The notes under the pieces are model-generated. The model did not search any database. It was given only the letters and a program-made list of their open reading frames with translations, and was not told where the DNA came from. Below are positions 9,055 through 18,800 of a DNA stretch of 64,000 nucleotides, piece after piece. Position numbers and translations under genes: made by a program. Each line of letters starts with the position of its first letter. Position 1 is the first letter of the stretch. Origin of the DNA: Oceanispirochaeta sp. (GTDB lineage Bacteria; Spirochaetota; Spirochaetia; DSM-2461). The stretch covers positions 1,280,001 through 1,344,000 of the forward strand of contig CAXXOA010000001.1 of NCBI GenBank assembly GCA_963666275.2, given 5' to 3'.

Positions 9055-10208
9055 ATAAAAGGCTCAAATATGTAGAAGATAAAATTAGTAATTGGAAAAA
9101 AAATCTCGAGACATTTTTAAGGGAAAACGATTTATTTGATGATTCATTTTTCCACAGTTATTATGAATATTTTGATTGTGAGCCAAGTAGTTTTCCAGTT
9201 GTATTTGTATTAACAACTGAAGGTTCATTATGGACTGGTTTAAATTATGGATATTCACCGACTGAAAATTGTTTCAATGAGTATATTGAGAAGCAAGAGT
9301 TTTATTATGAAATCCATAGTAGTTGTGTATTACTTTTTTATCTTAGAGAGGATTCAGAACAAGAATTATTTGTGGATTATTTTAAATATCTTTGGGGGAG
9401 AGAAATATTAAAAGAGAACTATTCTCTATTACATAATGATCTATTGAAGGCTATTCAATCTAAAAAAATTGAATTTCATGATTTTAGTCCAAGAGAATTT
9501 GAATATTATATTAATAAGCTCTTTAATGATCTTGGTTACGACACAATTCTTGGTCCTGGTACAAATGATAAAGGAATTGATATTAGAATTATTTCAAATG
9601 ATACAAAAAACTATATTTTAGTTCAAATAAAAAGATATACTGATTCAAACCCAATACATCTCGAAGCAGTAAAAGCTTTATGTTGGGATGTTTACCATGA
9701 AGATAAAAAAGCAATTTCTGGATTATTTGTCACTACGTCAAGATATTTACCAGGAGTAAAGAAGTTTTCGGAAAATAAAAAAATAAAATTAGCAGGTAAG
9801 AGTGATATATACAATTGGAATAATGAAGCCATTAAAAGAAATAATCAAATTTTAGAAAATGTAAATGGTGAAGTTGCAAATTTTTTTTTGTCATATGATT
9901 ACACTAAAGATGTAATTGAAATTAAAAATTCAATTTTTGTTGAGACTTGGGGACATAATATGGTTCGGAATGATTTCTATTTAATTATTTACGAAATAAA
10001 TAATGTCAGTCTTATAATAAAAATTGATAATGAAAAGTTCACAGATCAATTTGGTCAAATCGGTTATGAACGACCCAAAATACCTAATGATTGGAAAAAT
10101 CATAAGATTGAGTTTGCAAGACGAAAAGATAATGATTGGCTTTCCGTTGGTGAGAAGTTCTTAATCCCATGGAATGGAGAGAATATGTATTTTAACTACA
10201 TGGATTGA
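9051..10208 (+). CDS. Cassette 1 gene B: Mrr-like restriction endonuclease domain protein
   Basis: SPREFE...LGY...DKGIDI...VQIKRY...GLFVTTS (Mrr_cat-like). Confidence 0.8.
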   Translation: MNKRLKYVEDKISNWKKNLETFLRENDLFDDSFFHSYYEYFDCEPSSFPVVFVLTTEGSLWTGLNYGYSPTENCFNEYIEKQEFYYEIHSSCVLLFYLREDSEQELFVDYFKYLWGREILKENYSLLHNDLLKAIQSKKIEFHDFSPREFEYYINKLFNDLGYDTILGPGTNDKGIDIRIISNDTKNYILVQIKRYTDSNPIHLEAVKALCWDVYHEDKKAISGLFVTTSRYLPGVKKFSENKKIKLAGKSDIYNWNNEAIKRNNQILENVNGEVANFFLSYDYTKDVIEIKNSIFVETWGHNMVRNDFYLIIYEINNVSLIIKIDNEKFTDQFGQIGYERPKIPNDWKNHKIEFARRKDNDWLSVGEKFLIPWNGENMYFNYMD

Positions 10209-10215
10209 ATGCCAT

Positions 10216-10316
10216 GCATAACAAGCTTTTGATACTGTCTGCTCTATTGTCATGCTAATTGCAATGCGCAATAAGCACGCCAACTTAACGAACAGCAGCA
10301 TAAAAGAGTGTTATGT
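10216..10316 (+). repeat. attC site 1 (101 bp)
   Basis: R'' GCATAAC ... R' GTTATGT; left arm CTTTT(G)ATACTG pairs with CAGCATAAAAG with an extrahelical G. Confidence 0.9.
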
Positions 10317-10340
10317 TGAAAAAATATAGATAAGTTATTA

Positions 10341-10368
10341 TTGATTTTAAAATGACTGATTATATAAT
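10341..10368 (+). promoter_or_regulatory. Putative sigma70 promoter inside cassette 2
   Basis: TTGATT-N16-TATAAT followed by AAGGAG RBS. Confidence 0.5.
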
Positions 10369-10386
10369 TAACTGAAGGAGTAAGAA

Positions 10387-10614
10387 ATGAAAAAGACTCA
10401 ACACGAATATGAAGAAATAATGATTAAAATACTAGATGATAAATCAAGTATAACAATCACTGAATTTATTGATTTTCTTGAAAAGAGGAATGATAACTGG
10501 AATGATCAACAAATTGTTAAAAATATAGTGTCCAATAGGTTTAATTCTCCTTCTCCATTTGTTAATGGGATATTAAAATATAACGAAACTACTGGTGAAA
10601 TAACAAAGGTTTAA
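10387..10614 (+). CDS. Cassette 2 gene A: small hypothetical protein
   Basis: 75 aa with strong RBS; 2 bp from the next gene. Confidence 0.7.
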   Translation: MKKTQHEYEEIMIKILDDKSSITITEFIDFLEKRNDNWNDQQIVKNIVSNRFNSPSPFVNGILKYNETTGEITKV

Positions 10615-10616
10615 AT

Positions 10617-12473
10617 ATGGGAAGGATTCCAGGAGATAAAAAGGAAAAACAAAAGATATTAACTAAACTTGACTGTAAAACGTTAGCAGATATTACAGGA
10701 GATATATTATATTTTAATTACAATCATAATAATGTGAAAATTATGGATGGTCCTGGAGATGGAAAAAGAGATATATATTCAGAAGATGAATATGGAATAC
10801 CATGTATAACACAGTGCAAATATCATGAAGATCTTACCAAAACAGTCAGTTCTGATGAAACAGATCAATTAATTCTTGCTTTAGAAAAATTTAAAACAAA
10901 AAAAGGTTATTTTTCCACTACTTCATTTATTTCGCCCCAAGCGAAAAGGGAATATAAAGATAATTATCCAGGTTATTCATTAGATTTTTTTGAAGGATCA
11001 AATATAGTTGATGAGGTTTATTCAAGTCCAATATTAAAAAAAATATGGGTAGATGATATTCATTTTACAAAGCTAGATTTTAGCCTTAATATAGCTTTTG
11101 TTATTATTGATTTAAATAATTCTAAGATAATTAATGATATATTTGTGGAAGATGAATCAATTAAGTTCAACTTTATTAAACAAGCCTATTTTAATTCGAT
11201 TGTTTTTGATAAAAAATTTGATAATATTTTATCAAACGAATTCATTCATTGCTATGTTTCAACAATAAATAATTGCAATATTCATGATACAGATTCATTA
11301 ATAAATAAAATTCTAAGAGATATAATATCCACAAAACATAATAACAATGCTTTCTCAGTTGTTTTTTCATCACCTTATATTACAAATCATGATAATGAAA
11401 ATAAATACTTTTTGTTGGAAGATATTAAACCAATAATTTTTAATATTGATGCTAAAACAAATATAATAGATCACTTTGATTTTATTGTTCCAAAATCTAC
11501 AATAGACTGGGCTTTTCCTGAGAATTTATCTGTTGCTCAAGCACCTTGGGCTTGTTGGTATAATGAAAATATTGATTCTATGATGCAACTTTTTATTGAA
11601 AAAGAATTACCTTTACACTATTTGTCATATGAAACTCCATTTTTTGATTCTTTAAAGCTATATTTAAACAAATCGTTATTTGTGTCTGGTTCAATAAGAA
11701 ATATGAAAAGATTTATTAAAAAAATGAAAATAAATAATCCTGATTGGGAATGTAATTATGGATATAAATCAAAACTTTATGCATGGATGCATCCAATGAT
11801 AGAAATCTTACAGAATAGAAAATATTCAATGCAACAGAATAAAAGCAATTTAGAATGGAATATAATTCCAAATGAAAAGGTTGATTTAAATAAATATAAA
11901 GAATTTAAAGAAAATGTAGAATCATTTCTATATAAATATCATCTTGAACAAATAGATCTAGAAAAAGCTAATTTTATTTCAAAAGCAGAAAAAAAAGATC
12001 TTATAATAGATAAAATAATATACCAATTTGGTAGTGCTGAATTATTTCATGATTTCAATAAACTTCCATTGCCTTTAGATCAGGGAACAAGATTTACTAA
12101 TATTATTAAAATGTGGAAAGTTGAAGGAGATATTAAAAAAATAAGAAAAAGATTAGAAACTATTAATTTTTCTGATGATACTCTTCATGATTTATTAGTT
12201 GAAGTTAAATATGGGCCTTCTACAATGAAACTATTTATAAAAGTAACATTAACATTCGAAATAAAAAATTATCAGTCCTTTACTGTTTTTTTAGAAAATA
12301 ATAGTAGTAAAATCAATACAATCTTAAAAAATATAGATCATGATATAAAAAGCAAATTCTCTGAAGCTAGTGAAGGAACAAAAGAATTTCTGGTGGATGA
12401 ATTAGACTTTAAATTTGATAATAATAAATTTCAAGGAAGACCTTGGATTGCAACTGTACCTAATTCAACATAA
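10617..12473 (+). CDS. Cassette 2 gene B: N-terminal Mrr-like/PD-(D/E)XK nuclease fused to a large unknown domain
   Basis: DGPGDGKRDI...TQCKY...YFSTTS in the first ~140 aa; stop codon lies in attC2 R''. Confidence 0.7.
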   Translation: MGRIPGDKKEKQKILTKLDCKTLADITGDILYFNYNHNNVKIMDGPGDGKRDIYSEDEYGIPCITQCKYHEDLTKTVSSDETDQLILALEKFKTKKGYFSTTSFISPQAKREYKDNYPGYSLDFFEGSNIVDEVYSSPILKKIWVDDIHFTKLDFSLNIAFVIIDLNNSKIINDIFVEDESIKFNFIKQAYFNSIVFDKKFDNILSNEFIHCYVSTINNCNIHDTDSLINKILRDIISTKHNNNAFSVVFSSPYITNHDNENKYFLLEDIKPIIFNIDAKTNIIDHFDFIVPKSTIDWAFPENLSVAQAPWACWYNENIDSMMQLFIEKELPLHYLSYETPFFDSLKLYLNKSLFVSGSIRNMKRFIKKMKINNPDWECNYGYKSKLYAWMHPMIEILQNRKYSMQQNKSNLEWNIIPNEKVDLNKYKEFKENVESFLYKYHLEQIDLEKANFISKAEKKDLIIDKIIYQFGSAELFHDFNKLPLPLDQGTRFTNIIKMWKVEGDIKKIRKRLETINFSDDTLHDLLVEVKYGPSTMKLFIKVTLTFEIKNYQSFTVFLENNSSKINTILKNIDHDIKSKFSEASEGTKEFLVDELDFKFDNNKFQGRPWIATVPNST

Positions 12474-12573
12474 CAAGCATTTGCTACTGTCAATTTTTCT
12501 GGCACGTATTTTGTGGTCACAAAATAAGCGCCAGCCCTTCGGGACAAAATTGCAGCAGAAATGGGCGTTACAT
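12468..12573 (+). repeat. attC site 2 (106 bp)
   Basis: TTCAACATAAC is the reverse complement of cassette start GTTATGTTGAA; CATTT(G)CTACTG(T)CAATTTT pairs with AAAATTGCAGCAGAAATG with extrahelical G and T. Confidence 0.92.
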
Positions 12574-12586
12574 CGAAGAAGGATAT

Positions 12587-13777
12587 ATGATTGAAATAAA
12601 TTCTATTTTAAGAAAAAAATTACTGAAAGAAGATATCAAATATTACTCAGCAACACAAATAGATGAACTTTTTAAAAGAATAGATGAGCTACGAGCTATT
12701 TTTCCAGATGGGAATATTCTTGAGAAAATTTATTGCCGAATCCGCTGGTATGGTTCTGCAGGAATTGCAATAAGAAATAAAATTATAAAATTAACAATTG
12801 AGTATAATAAAAGATCTCATGATCAGATTATGGTTAACCCAACTATTGATACAGTATTAGATTTCAAAACAGTTCGAGTAAATTATAAAGGTAGAAACCA
12901 GCTAATTAATGATATTTGGAAAAATGAACATAAAAAGAATAACTTTGGTATTGCAGATTTAAGAGGGATTAATCTTAATAACGTACAGTTCAACTGGTTG
13001 TTTATTAAAAATGTCAATTTTATGTATTCAGACTTTGATTCTATATTAATAAATTACTGTAAATTTGAAAATACTCACTTTAGTTATAGTAATTTTTTTA
13101 AATGTTCAATTTTACAAAGTAAGATAATAAATAACACCAGTTTTAATAATTCAAGTTTTAAAAAAACTTACTTTGCAGGAATATCATTTAAGCACTTTTA
13201 TAATTCAAAAATTGATTATGCAAATACCTTTGTATTTATATATTATATTTTAAAAAATAGAATAAGAAAGAGAAGTTTTAATCCATTTTATGGATTACCA
13301 TTTACTATTATTGAAAATATACTTGATACAGGAGAAATTAAATCAAGGCAAATTGGATTGGAACGCTTTTCCAGAATAATTGACAGGATAGAACTCTCTG
13401 AATCGATTACTATGTATGAATCATATTCAAATTTTAGAGTAGTTATATACATATTAAATATTCTCATGACTAAGAACTGGACATCTTACATAAATATGTT
13501 TTTTTCATTTTTAGTATCCAACTTATTCTTTTCTTATCTCTATAGTCAAAGTATTAATGGCTTTATAACGGATTCAAAAGAAGTAACTCTTAGTCTACTC
13601 GATTCATTCTATTTCAGTATAATAACAATTACAACATTAGGTTATGGGGATATTTCTCCACATTCTATAACTGTAAAAATAATGGTGATTTGTGAAGTTA
13701 TATTTGGTGTAATTATATTAGGATTATTTGTTAATACTATTAGTGGAAAGATATCTACAAAGAAGTATTTACAATAA
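12587..13777 (+). CDS. Cassette 3: pentapeptide-repeat protein with C-terminal 2-TM potassium-channel domain
   Basis: ADLRGINL/F-repeat region; YFSIITITTLGYGDISP selectivity filter. Confidence 0.8.
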   Translation: MIEINSILRKKLLKEDIKYYSATQIDELFKRIDELRAIFPDGNILEKIYCRIRWYGSAGIAIRNKIIKLTIEYNKRSHDQIMVNPTIDTVLDFKTVRVNYKGRNQLINDIWKNEHKKNNFGIADLRGINLNNVQFNWLFIKNVNFMYSDFDSILINYCKFENTHFSYSNFFKCSILQSKIINNTSFNNSSFKKTYFAGISFKHFYNSKIDYANTFVFIYYILKNRIRKRSFNPFYGLPFTIIENILDTGEIKSRQIGLERFSRIIDRIELSESITMYESYSNFRVVIYILNILMTKNWTSYINMFFSFLVSNLFFSYLYSQSINGFITDSKEVTLSLLDSFYFSIITITTLGYGDISPHSITVKIMVICEVIFGVIILGLFVNTISGKISTKKYLQ

Positions 13778-13803
13778 TTCGATGTAACACATATAAGGGC
13801 TCC

Positions 13804-14211
13804 AGTTGTCAAGGAATAAAACAGCCCCTGAACTGAATTTTACTCCTTTCAGCTCCATAAAAAATTAAACATATGCCGTTATGCGATATAAATTATATCC
13901 TGTCTTGTTTCTATCAATGGGCTGCAGAAGATTCTGCTCCAAACACATATTGATGGTTACTCATAGAAATACATCCGTACCCAAAACTGTCACAATCAAA
14001 AAAGGAATTCACAGCAAGTGTGTTCCAGTTACTTACCGTGATCAGCCTGGTGCAGAATACTCTTTACTTCACATATTGGTCCTTTATAAGGGCCATTACA
14101 GAGGTCTAATCAAACAATTCTACTTCTCAAAGTTATTGAAGCAATCTGATCGTAGCGGGTTTTCTTCCCCAAAAAAATGACCGGAATTGCTTCTTCCTTA
14201 TGCTGGAATAG
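13804..14211 (-). ncRNA. Putative bridge/seekRNA-encoding non-coding end of the IS1111-type element
   Basis: ~410-bp region downstream of the transposase, where IS1111-group elements encode their guide RNA; RNA boundaries not determined. Confidence 0.55.
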
Positions 14212-15288
14212 TTATATCGCAGGCTCCTCTGTAACGCCCAATCTCAGATCTGAATAAAATATCGTATAATCGAATGGTTCCCTCCTTTTTAGTATGTAAT
14301 ACACAGAACGAGCCAACTTATGAGAGATGATAGATAGGGCTTTCCCTCTGCCATATCGATTCATCAGTTTATTATGATAAAGTTTCGATCTGTCATTATC
14401 TTTGATAAAAAGTACTGCGGCCTCTGAAAATGCCCATTTAAGATGTGCATTACCAATCTTGGTATTTTTTGATCCCATACGCTTCCCTGACGATTCACGT
14501 GGGCATTTGACAAGCCGGCAGTAAGAGACGAAGTTTTGTACTCTAGGAAATCTTTTAATATCTTCAATCTCATAAAGTATGGTCAAACCAAGGATTTTCC
14601 CTATTCCGGGGACAGTTTTCAATAGTGAAAATGCAACCGGATCGTGAAATCTTGCTCCTTTGAGTATAATTGAATCCAGATTCCGAATCTGCTTTTCTAG
14701 GGTTGTTATTACAGCTAGGTCTGTCTGGATATTAATATTTACCAATGGAATAGTGAAATGCTCTGCTAAATCGTCACGGTTTATTTTGTAGGTGATCTTT
14801 TTCCCGATGGGAGGAAGATTATATTGATAATTTGTATTCTGAATATGGGAGAGAAAATCACTCTTTTTCTTAACAAGGTATTGTCTTCTTCTGAGAAGAT
14901 CCCTGGTTGCTCGCATCCGTGCTGGGTAAACATATGCCATGGGAATCATGCCGCCTCGCAACAGGGATGCTATTTTCATTGAATCGATCTTATCATTTTT
15001 AGTTTTCCCATTGCTGATTGCTTTCATATAAAGAGCATGCCCTAGCACGAAGGGGATGCTTTCTTTGGCACAAATATCTGCAATCCAGTACCAGGTAAAC
15101 ATACACTCAACGCAAACAACCAGGTCTTCTCGATAAGGATTTATAGCTTTAAGAAATACATCAGCATCAGTTTGTATATTTTTGTGATAGAGTATTTCAC
15201 CTGTTTGGTCCATAATACAGAGATACATCACTTTGGTATGGAGATCTATTCCGCAGTAATACTTATGCTGCTTGGTATAGAATGTCAT
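14212..15288 (-). CDS. IS110-family DEDD transposase/recombinase
   Basis: GIDLH, VECM, KNDKIDS, TVPGIG, ESSGK, GNAHLKWA; start set at MTFY after an AGGAGG RBS rather than at 15330. Confidence 0.92.
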   Translation of the reverse strand: MTFYTKQHKYYCGIDLHTKVMYLCIMDQTGEILYHKNIQTDADVFLKAINPYREDLVVCVECMFTWYWIADICAKESIPFVLGHALYMKAISNGKTKNDKIDSMKIASLLRGGMIPMAYVYPARMRATRDLLRRRQYLVKKKSDFLSHIQNTNYQYNLPPIGKKITYKINRDDLAEHFTIPLVNINIQTDLAVITTLEKQIRNLDSIILKGARFHDPVAFSLLKTVPGIGKILGLTILYEIEDIKRFPRVQNFVSYCRLVKCPRESSGKRMGSKNTKIGNAHLKWAFSEAAVLFIKDNDRSKLYHNKLMNRYGRGKALSIISHKLARSVYYILKRREPFDYTIFYSDLRLGVTEEPAI

Positions 15289-15554
15289 AGGACACCTCCT
15301 TGATGGTAAATGACTCTTATATTTTATCATTCTCCGGGGAGCCCTTAATAAGTATCAAACAAATGATGCAGTCGAAGCTATAGATCACATTTCTTGCAGA
15401 AATTGCTTCGACAATGGAATTGTTCTTTTCAAATAACGAATTGGTGTTTAGAGTATAGATGCAAGAAAAGCGCCTATACCTGCCCTTCGGACAGGCCGCT
15501 CCGCAGCATATTTGGGCGTTATATAGCGTACAAATTGTATAATCAATTGACAAT

Positions 15555-16748
15555 ATGTACATGTGTGATAAAATTCAAAATATGATAAATAGGCAAATGG
15601 AGCAGGAATTACAGCTCCTAAAGAATGAATTCCCAATAATTGCGATACTTGGTCCAAGACAATCTGGAAAAACAACATTATCCAAAATAGTTTTTCCAGA
15701 ATATCAATATATTTCCCTCGAGGATATTGATCACCGAGAATTTGCGACTAATGATCCCCGCGGCTTTCTAAACAAATACTCAAAAAATATTATATTTGAT
15801 GAAATTCAACGTGTTCCACAGCTTATGTCTTATCTCCAATCCCATGTGGATAGTTTGAACGAGAATGGAAAAATAATTATAACCGGTTCCCATAACTTTT
15901 TCTTGATGGAGCAAATAAGCCAGTCTCTGGCAGGACGTGTAGGGATTACAAAATTATTACCATTTTCAATCTATGAGTTAACCAATGAACAGAAATCATT
16001 AAACGATCATATTTTTACAGGGGCCTATCCAAGAATTTATGATCAGAATATCAGGCCCGAAGTATTTTATAAAAACTATATTTCTACTTACATTGAAAAA
16101 GATATCAGGCAGATAAAACAGGTTACAAAACTCGATTTTTTTATGAAATTCATGCGATTATTGGCAGGAAGAACTGGCCAGGAACTGAATTTATCGACAA
16201 TTAGTGAAGAATGTGGTGTATCACATAATACTATAAGTGAATGGATCTCCATATTAGAAGCCAGTTTTTTAATCTATAAATTAAAGCCCTACCATAAAAA
16301 CTATAATAAACGTTTAGTTAAGAACTCAAAAATTTATTTCACCGATACAGGTCTAGTCTGTAGCCTGCTAGGGATACGAAAACCAGAGGAATTGGATTAC
16401 CACTTTTTAAAAGGAAATATTTTTGAAACATTTGTAATCTCTGAATTCATTAAAGGATGTTACAATACAGGTGAAAAATTCGATATGTACTTCTGGAGAG
16501 ATAACCATAAAAAAGAAATTGATTTGATTATTGATTATGGAATCGACAAATTCGGAATTGAGATTAAAAGAAGTGAAACCATCCAGGAGAAGTATTTTTC
16601 AGGATTAACATATTGGATGAATTTATCAGAGACAAAATCTGAGAATATGTTCCTTATCTATGGAGGAGAAGACTCCTATATTAGGAACAATATGAATATA
16701 AATGGTTGGAACAAAATCTTTAATGGTATAATCCAACGCGCTATATAA
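15555..16748 (+). CDS. Cassette 4: AAA+ ATPase with DUF4143 domain
   Basis: GPRQSGKT, IFDEIQ, SLAGR, KIYFTDTG, EIDLII...EIK; stop lies in attC4 R''; true start may be the downstream MINR. Confidence 0.9.
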   Translation: MYMCDKIQNMINRQMEQELQLLKNEFPIIAILGPRQSGKTTLSKIVFPEYQYISLEDIDHREFATNDPRGFLNKYSKNIIFDEIQRVPQLMSYLQSHVDSLNENGKIIITGSHNFFLMEQISQSLAGRVGITKLLPFSIYELTNEQKSLNDHIFTGAYPRIYDQNIRPEVFYKNYISTYIEKDIRQIKQVTKLDFFMKFMRLLAGRTGQELNLSTISEECGVSHNTISEWISILEASFLIYKLKPYHKNYNKRLVKNSKIYFTDTGLVCSLLGIRKPEELDYHFLKGNIFETFVISEFIKGCYNTGEKFDMYFWRDNHKKEIDLIIDYGIDKFGIEIKRSETIQEKYFSGLTYWMNLSETKSENMFLIYGGEDSYIRNNMNINGWNKIFNGIIQRAI

Positions 16749-16906
16749 CATAAAAATGCACGAGACGTTCCTATTGTCACTTTTCTTGCAGAAAATCTTC
16801 AGTTAACCATAAAATTATTTCCAAATAAGAAATAGTTGTTTAAAATAATGCAAGAAAACCGCCAATGCCTGGCAAGCCAGGCCGTCACGCTGGTGATTTT
16901 GGCGTT
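16743..16906 (+). repeat. attC site 4 (long type), IS1182 inserted after its GTT
   Basis: CGCTATATAAC is the reverse complement of cassette start GTTATATAGCG; AAAAT(G)CACGAG pairs with CTGGTGATTTT. Confidence 0.88.
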
Positions 16907-18695
16907 GAGACTGTAGAAAAAGTCACCTTTTCTACAGCTCTCCCCCAAATCATGGTAAAATTTTCAAAAAGGGAGGTTTTCAATAATGGCTAGATATAAA
17001 GACTATTCTTATGACCAGACAATGATGATCCCCGTAAGTTTTGAAAAACAGATTTTACCAGGAACTTTTGAATACACCCTATGCCATCTAATTGATGATA
17101 AAATCGATATGTCTGTCTTTGAAAACCATTACGAAAATGAAGAAACAGGTGCTCCCGCCTACGATCCTGCCATCCTTTTAAAGATTGTACTTTTCGCCTA
17201 TTCAAAAGGGATAAACAGCAGCAGAAAAATTGAACAATTATGCAGGGAGAATATAGTCTGTATGGCCCTGGCAGCCGATGCACGGCCCCATTTTACAACC
17301 ATTGCCGACTTCATATCCTCATGCCATCAGGAATGCCAATCCCTTTTTACAATGATTATCTCAGTATGTTACTCCCAAGGATTGATTGGAAAAAACATGT
17401 TTGCCATAGATGGCTGCAAGATATCCTCCAACTGCTCAAAAGAGTGGAGTGGAACAAAAACAGAGCTTTTTGCCAAGGCAAAGAAAATTGAAAAATCCGT
17501 TAACTACCTTATAGAAAAGCATAAGAAAACTGATATCAAATGGGATGACAAAGAACAGCGATTAAAAGAAAAAAAAGCCATTAAAAAACTCAAAGCCAAA
17601 TCTGACAGAATTTATAAATGGCTTGATACGCACTATGAACGACTTGGCAGCCAGGACCAACCCATTAAAAGCAATATAATCGATAATGAGAGCGCTAAAA
17701 TGTCCACCGGACACGGTGTCATTCAGGGCTATAATGGTATTGCAGCTGTGGATGACAAGCATCAGCTTATTATATTCGCCGATGCTTACGGCGATGTAAA
17801 CGAATCAGGACACCTTACAGAGATTCTCAGCGGGATTGATAAAAGCTGTAAAGATTCCCACATCGATGATGATATCTACAAACACGTGACAGTTACAGCT
17901 GATACAGGATTCCATAACAAAAGAAATATGGTGATGATCAGCGAGCAGAAAATAGATGCTTATATCCCGGATAATCAGTTCAGAAAAAGGCAAGTGGCCT
18001 TTCAGGATGCAGGTAGATATAAGAAGAAAGTCGCCAACTGGAAACCGGAAAAAGGTAAGCACTACTTCAGACCGGAAGATTTCTATTTTGATACAGTTTC
18101 GAACAAACTGATATGTCCCGCCGGACATGCTATGTGGCTGAAATCTCCCAACTTCAGGAGCAATGACGGTCGGTATATTGGTAAGTCCTACCAGGGTTAC
18201 ATCCGGAACTGCAGGGATTGCAAACTTCGTTCAAAATGCATCCGTAAAGAAACAACCAAAGCCCGTCAGGTTGCCCTGCTGAAAGAAGTCACGGATGCAA
18301 AGGGTACTAATCCTATGAATGCAATGAAGGATAAAATTGATACGCCCTATGGCAGGTCTGTTTATGCCAAAAGGATGAGTACAGTAGAGCCGGTATTTGG
18401 GCATATTGCCGGGATAAAAAAGCTGAATCGCTTTACCTTACGGGGAACAGAGAAAGTCAGAACGCAGTGGTTGCTATATTGCATGGTGCATAATATCGGT
18501 AAAATTCAGCGGTATAGTGTGTAGGAATGCGATAGAACCAATGAGATTGGAAGTTTTAAGGGATATATTCAATTGTAAAGGAATATATGCGGGTTTAATC
18601 GGATAGAAATTAGTAAATGGAGAGATGAATAATTCTCTGAATAATTCTATTTAGAGAAGAGGAAAAATTCTTAAATTGAGTTTTTTTACAATCTC
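16907..18695 (+). mobile_element. IS1182-family insertion sequence, flanked by GTT direct repeat
   Basis: IRL GAGACTGTAGAAAAAGTC, IRR GAGTTTTTTTACAATCTC; GTT at 16904-16906 and 18696-18698. Confidence 0.88.
16986..18524 (+). CDS. IS1182-family DDE transposase
   Basis: GAPAYDP, SSRKIE, AIDG, ADTGF, CPAG, R..TVEPVFG, F.LRG..KV..QW.L..MVHN. Confidence 0.92.
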   Translation: MARYKDYSYDQTMMIPVSFEKQILPGTFEYTLCHLIDDKIDMSVFENHYENEETGAPAYDPAILLKIVLFAYSKGINSSRKIEQLCRENIVCMALAADARPHFTTIADFISSCHQECQSLFTMIISVCYSQGLIGKNMFAIDGCKISSNCSKEWSGTKTELFAKAKKIEKSVNYLIEKHKKTDIKWDDKEQRLKEKKAIKKLKAKSDRIYKWLDTHYERLGSQDQPIKSNIIDNESAKMSTGHGVIQGYNGIAAVDDKHQLIIFADAYGDVNESGHLTEILSGIDKSCKDSHIDDDIYKHVTVTADTGFHNKRNMVMISEQKIDAYIPDNQFRKRQVAFQDAGRYKKKVANWKPEKGKHYFRPEDFYFDTVSNKLICPAGHAMWLKSPNFRSNDGRYIGKSYQGYIRNCRDCKLRSKCIRKETTKARQVALLKEVTDAKGTNPMNAMKDKIDTPYGRSVYAKRMSTVEPVFGHIAGIKKLNRFTLRGTEKVRTQWLLYCMVHNIGKIQRYSV

Positions 18696-18800
18696 GTTAT
18701 TCAGAAATAGGGTACGAACCCGTATATACAGGATGTAAGAAGCTGAAAATTGATACAATAATGTGATTCAATAATCAGAATCACACAAAAGGAGACAAAA

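Larger units (their letters stand above)
13790..15357 (-). mobile_element. IS110-family (IS1111-type) insertion sequence inserted in attC3
   Basis: Subterminal inverted repeats TAAGGGCTCC (13794-13803) / GGAGCCCTTA (15338-15347); shared CA core at both junctions; long non-coding region 3' of the transposase. Confidence 0.85.
13782..15524 (+). repeat. attC site 3 (~175 bp when reconstituted), split by the IS110 element
   Basis: R'' TTCGATGTAAC (13778-13788) matches cassette start GTTACATCGAA; remainder AACAAAT(G)ATGCAG...GCAGCATATTTGGGCGTT resumes at 15358. Confidence 0.85.

Noticed and set aside
13881..14180. 99-aa plus-strand ORF
   Set aside because: Lies antisense within the IS1111 non-coding end; no evident RBS or motif
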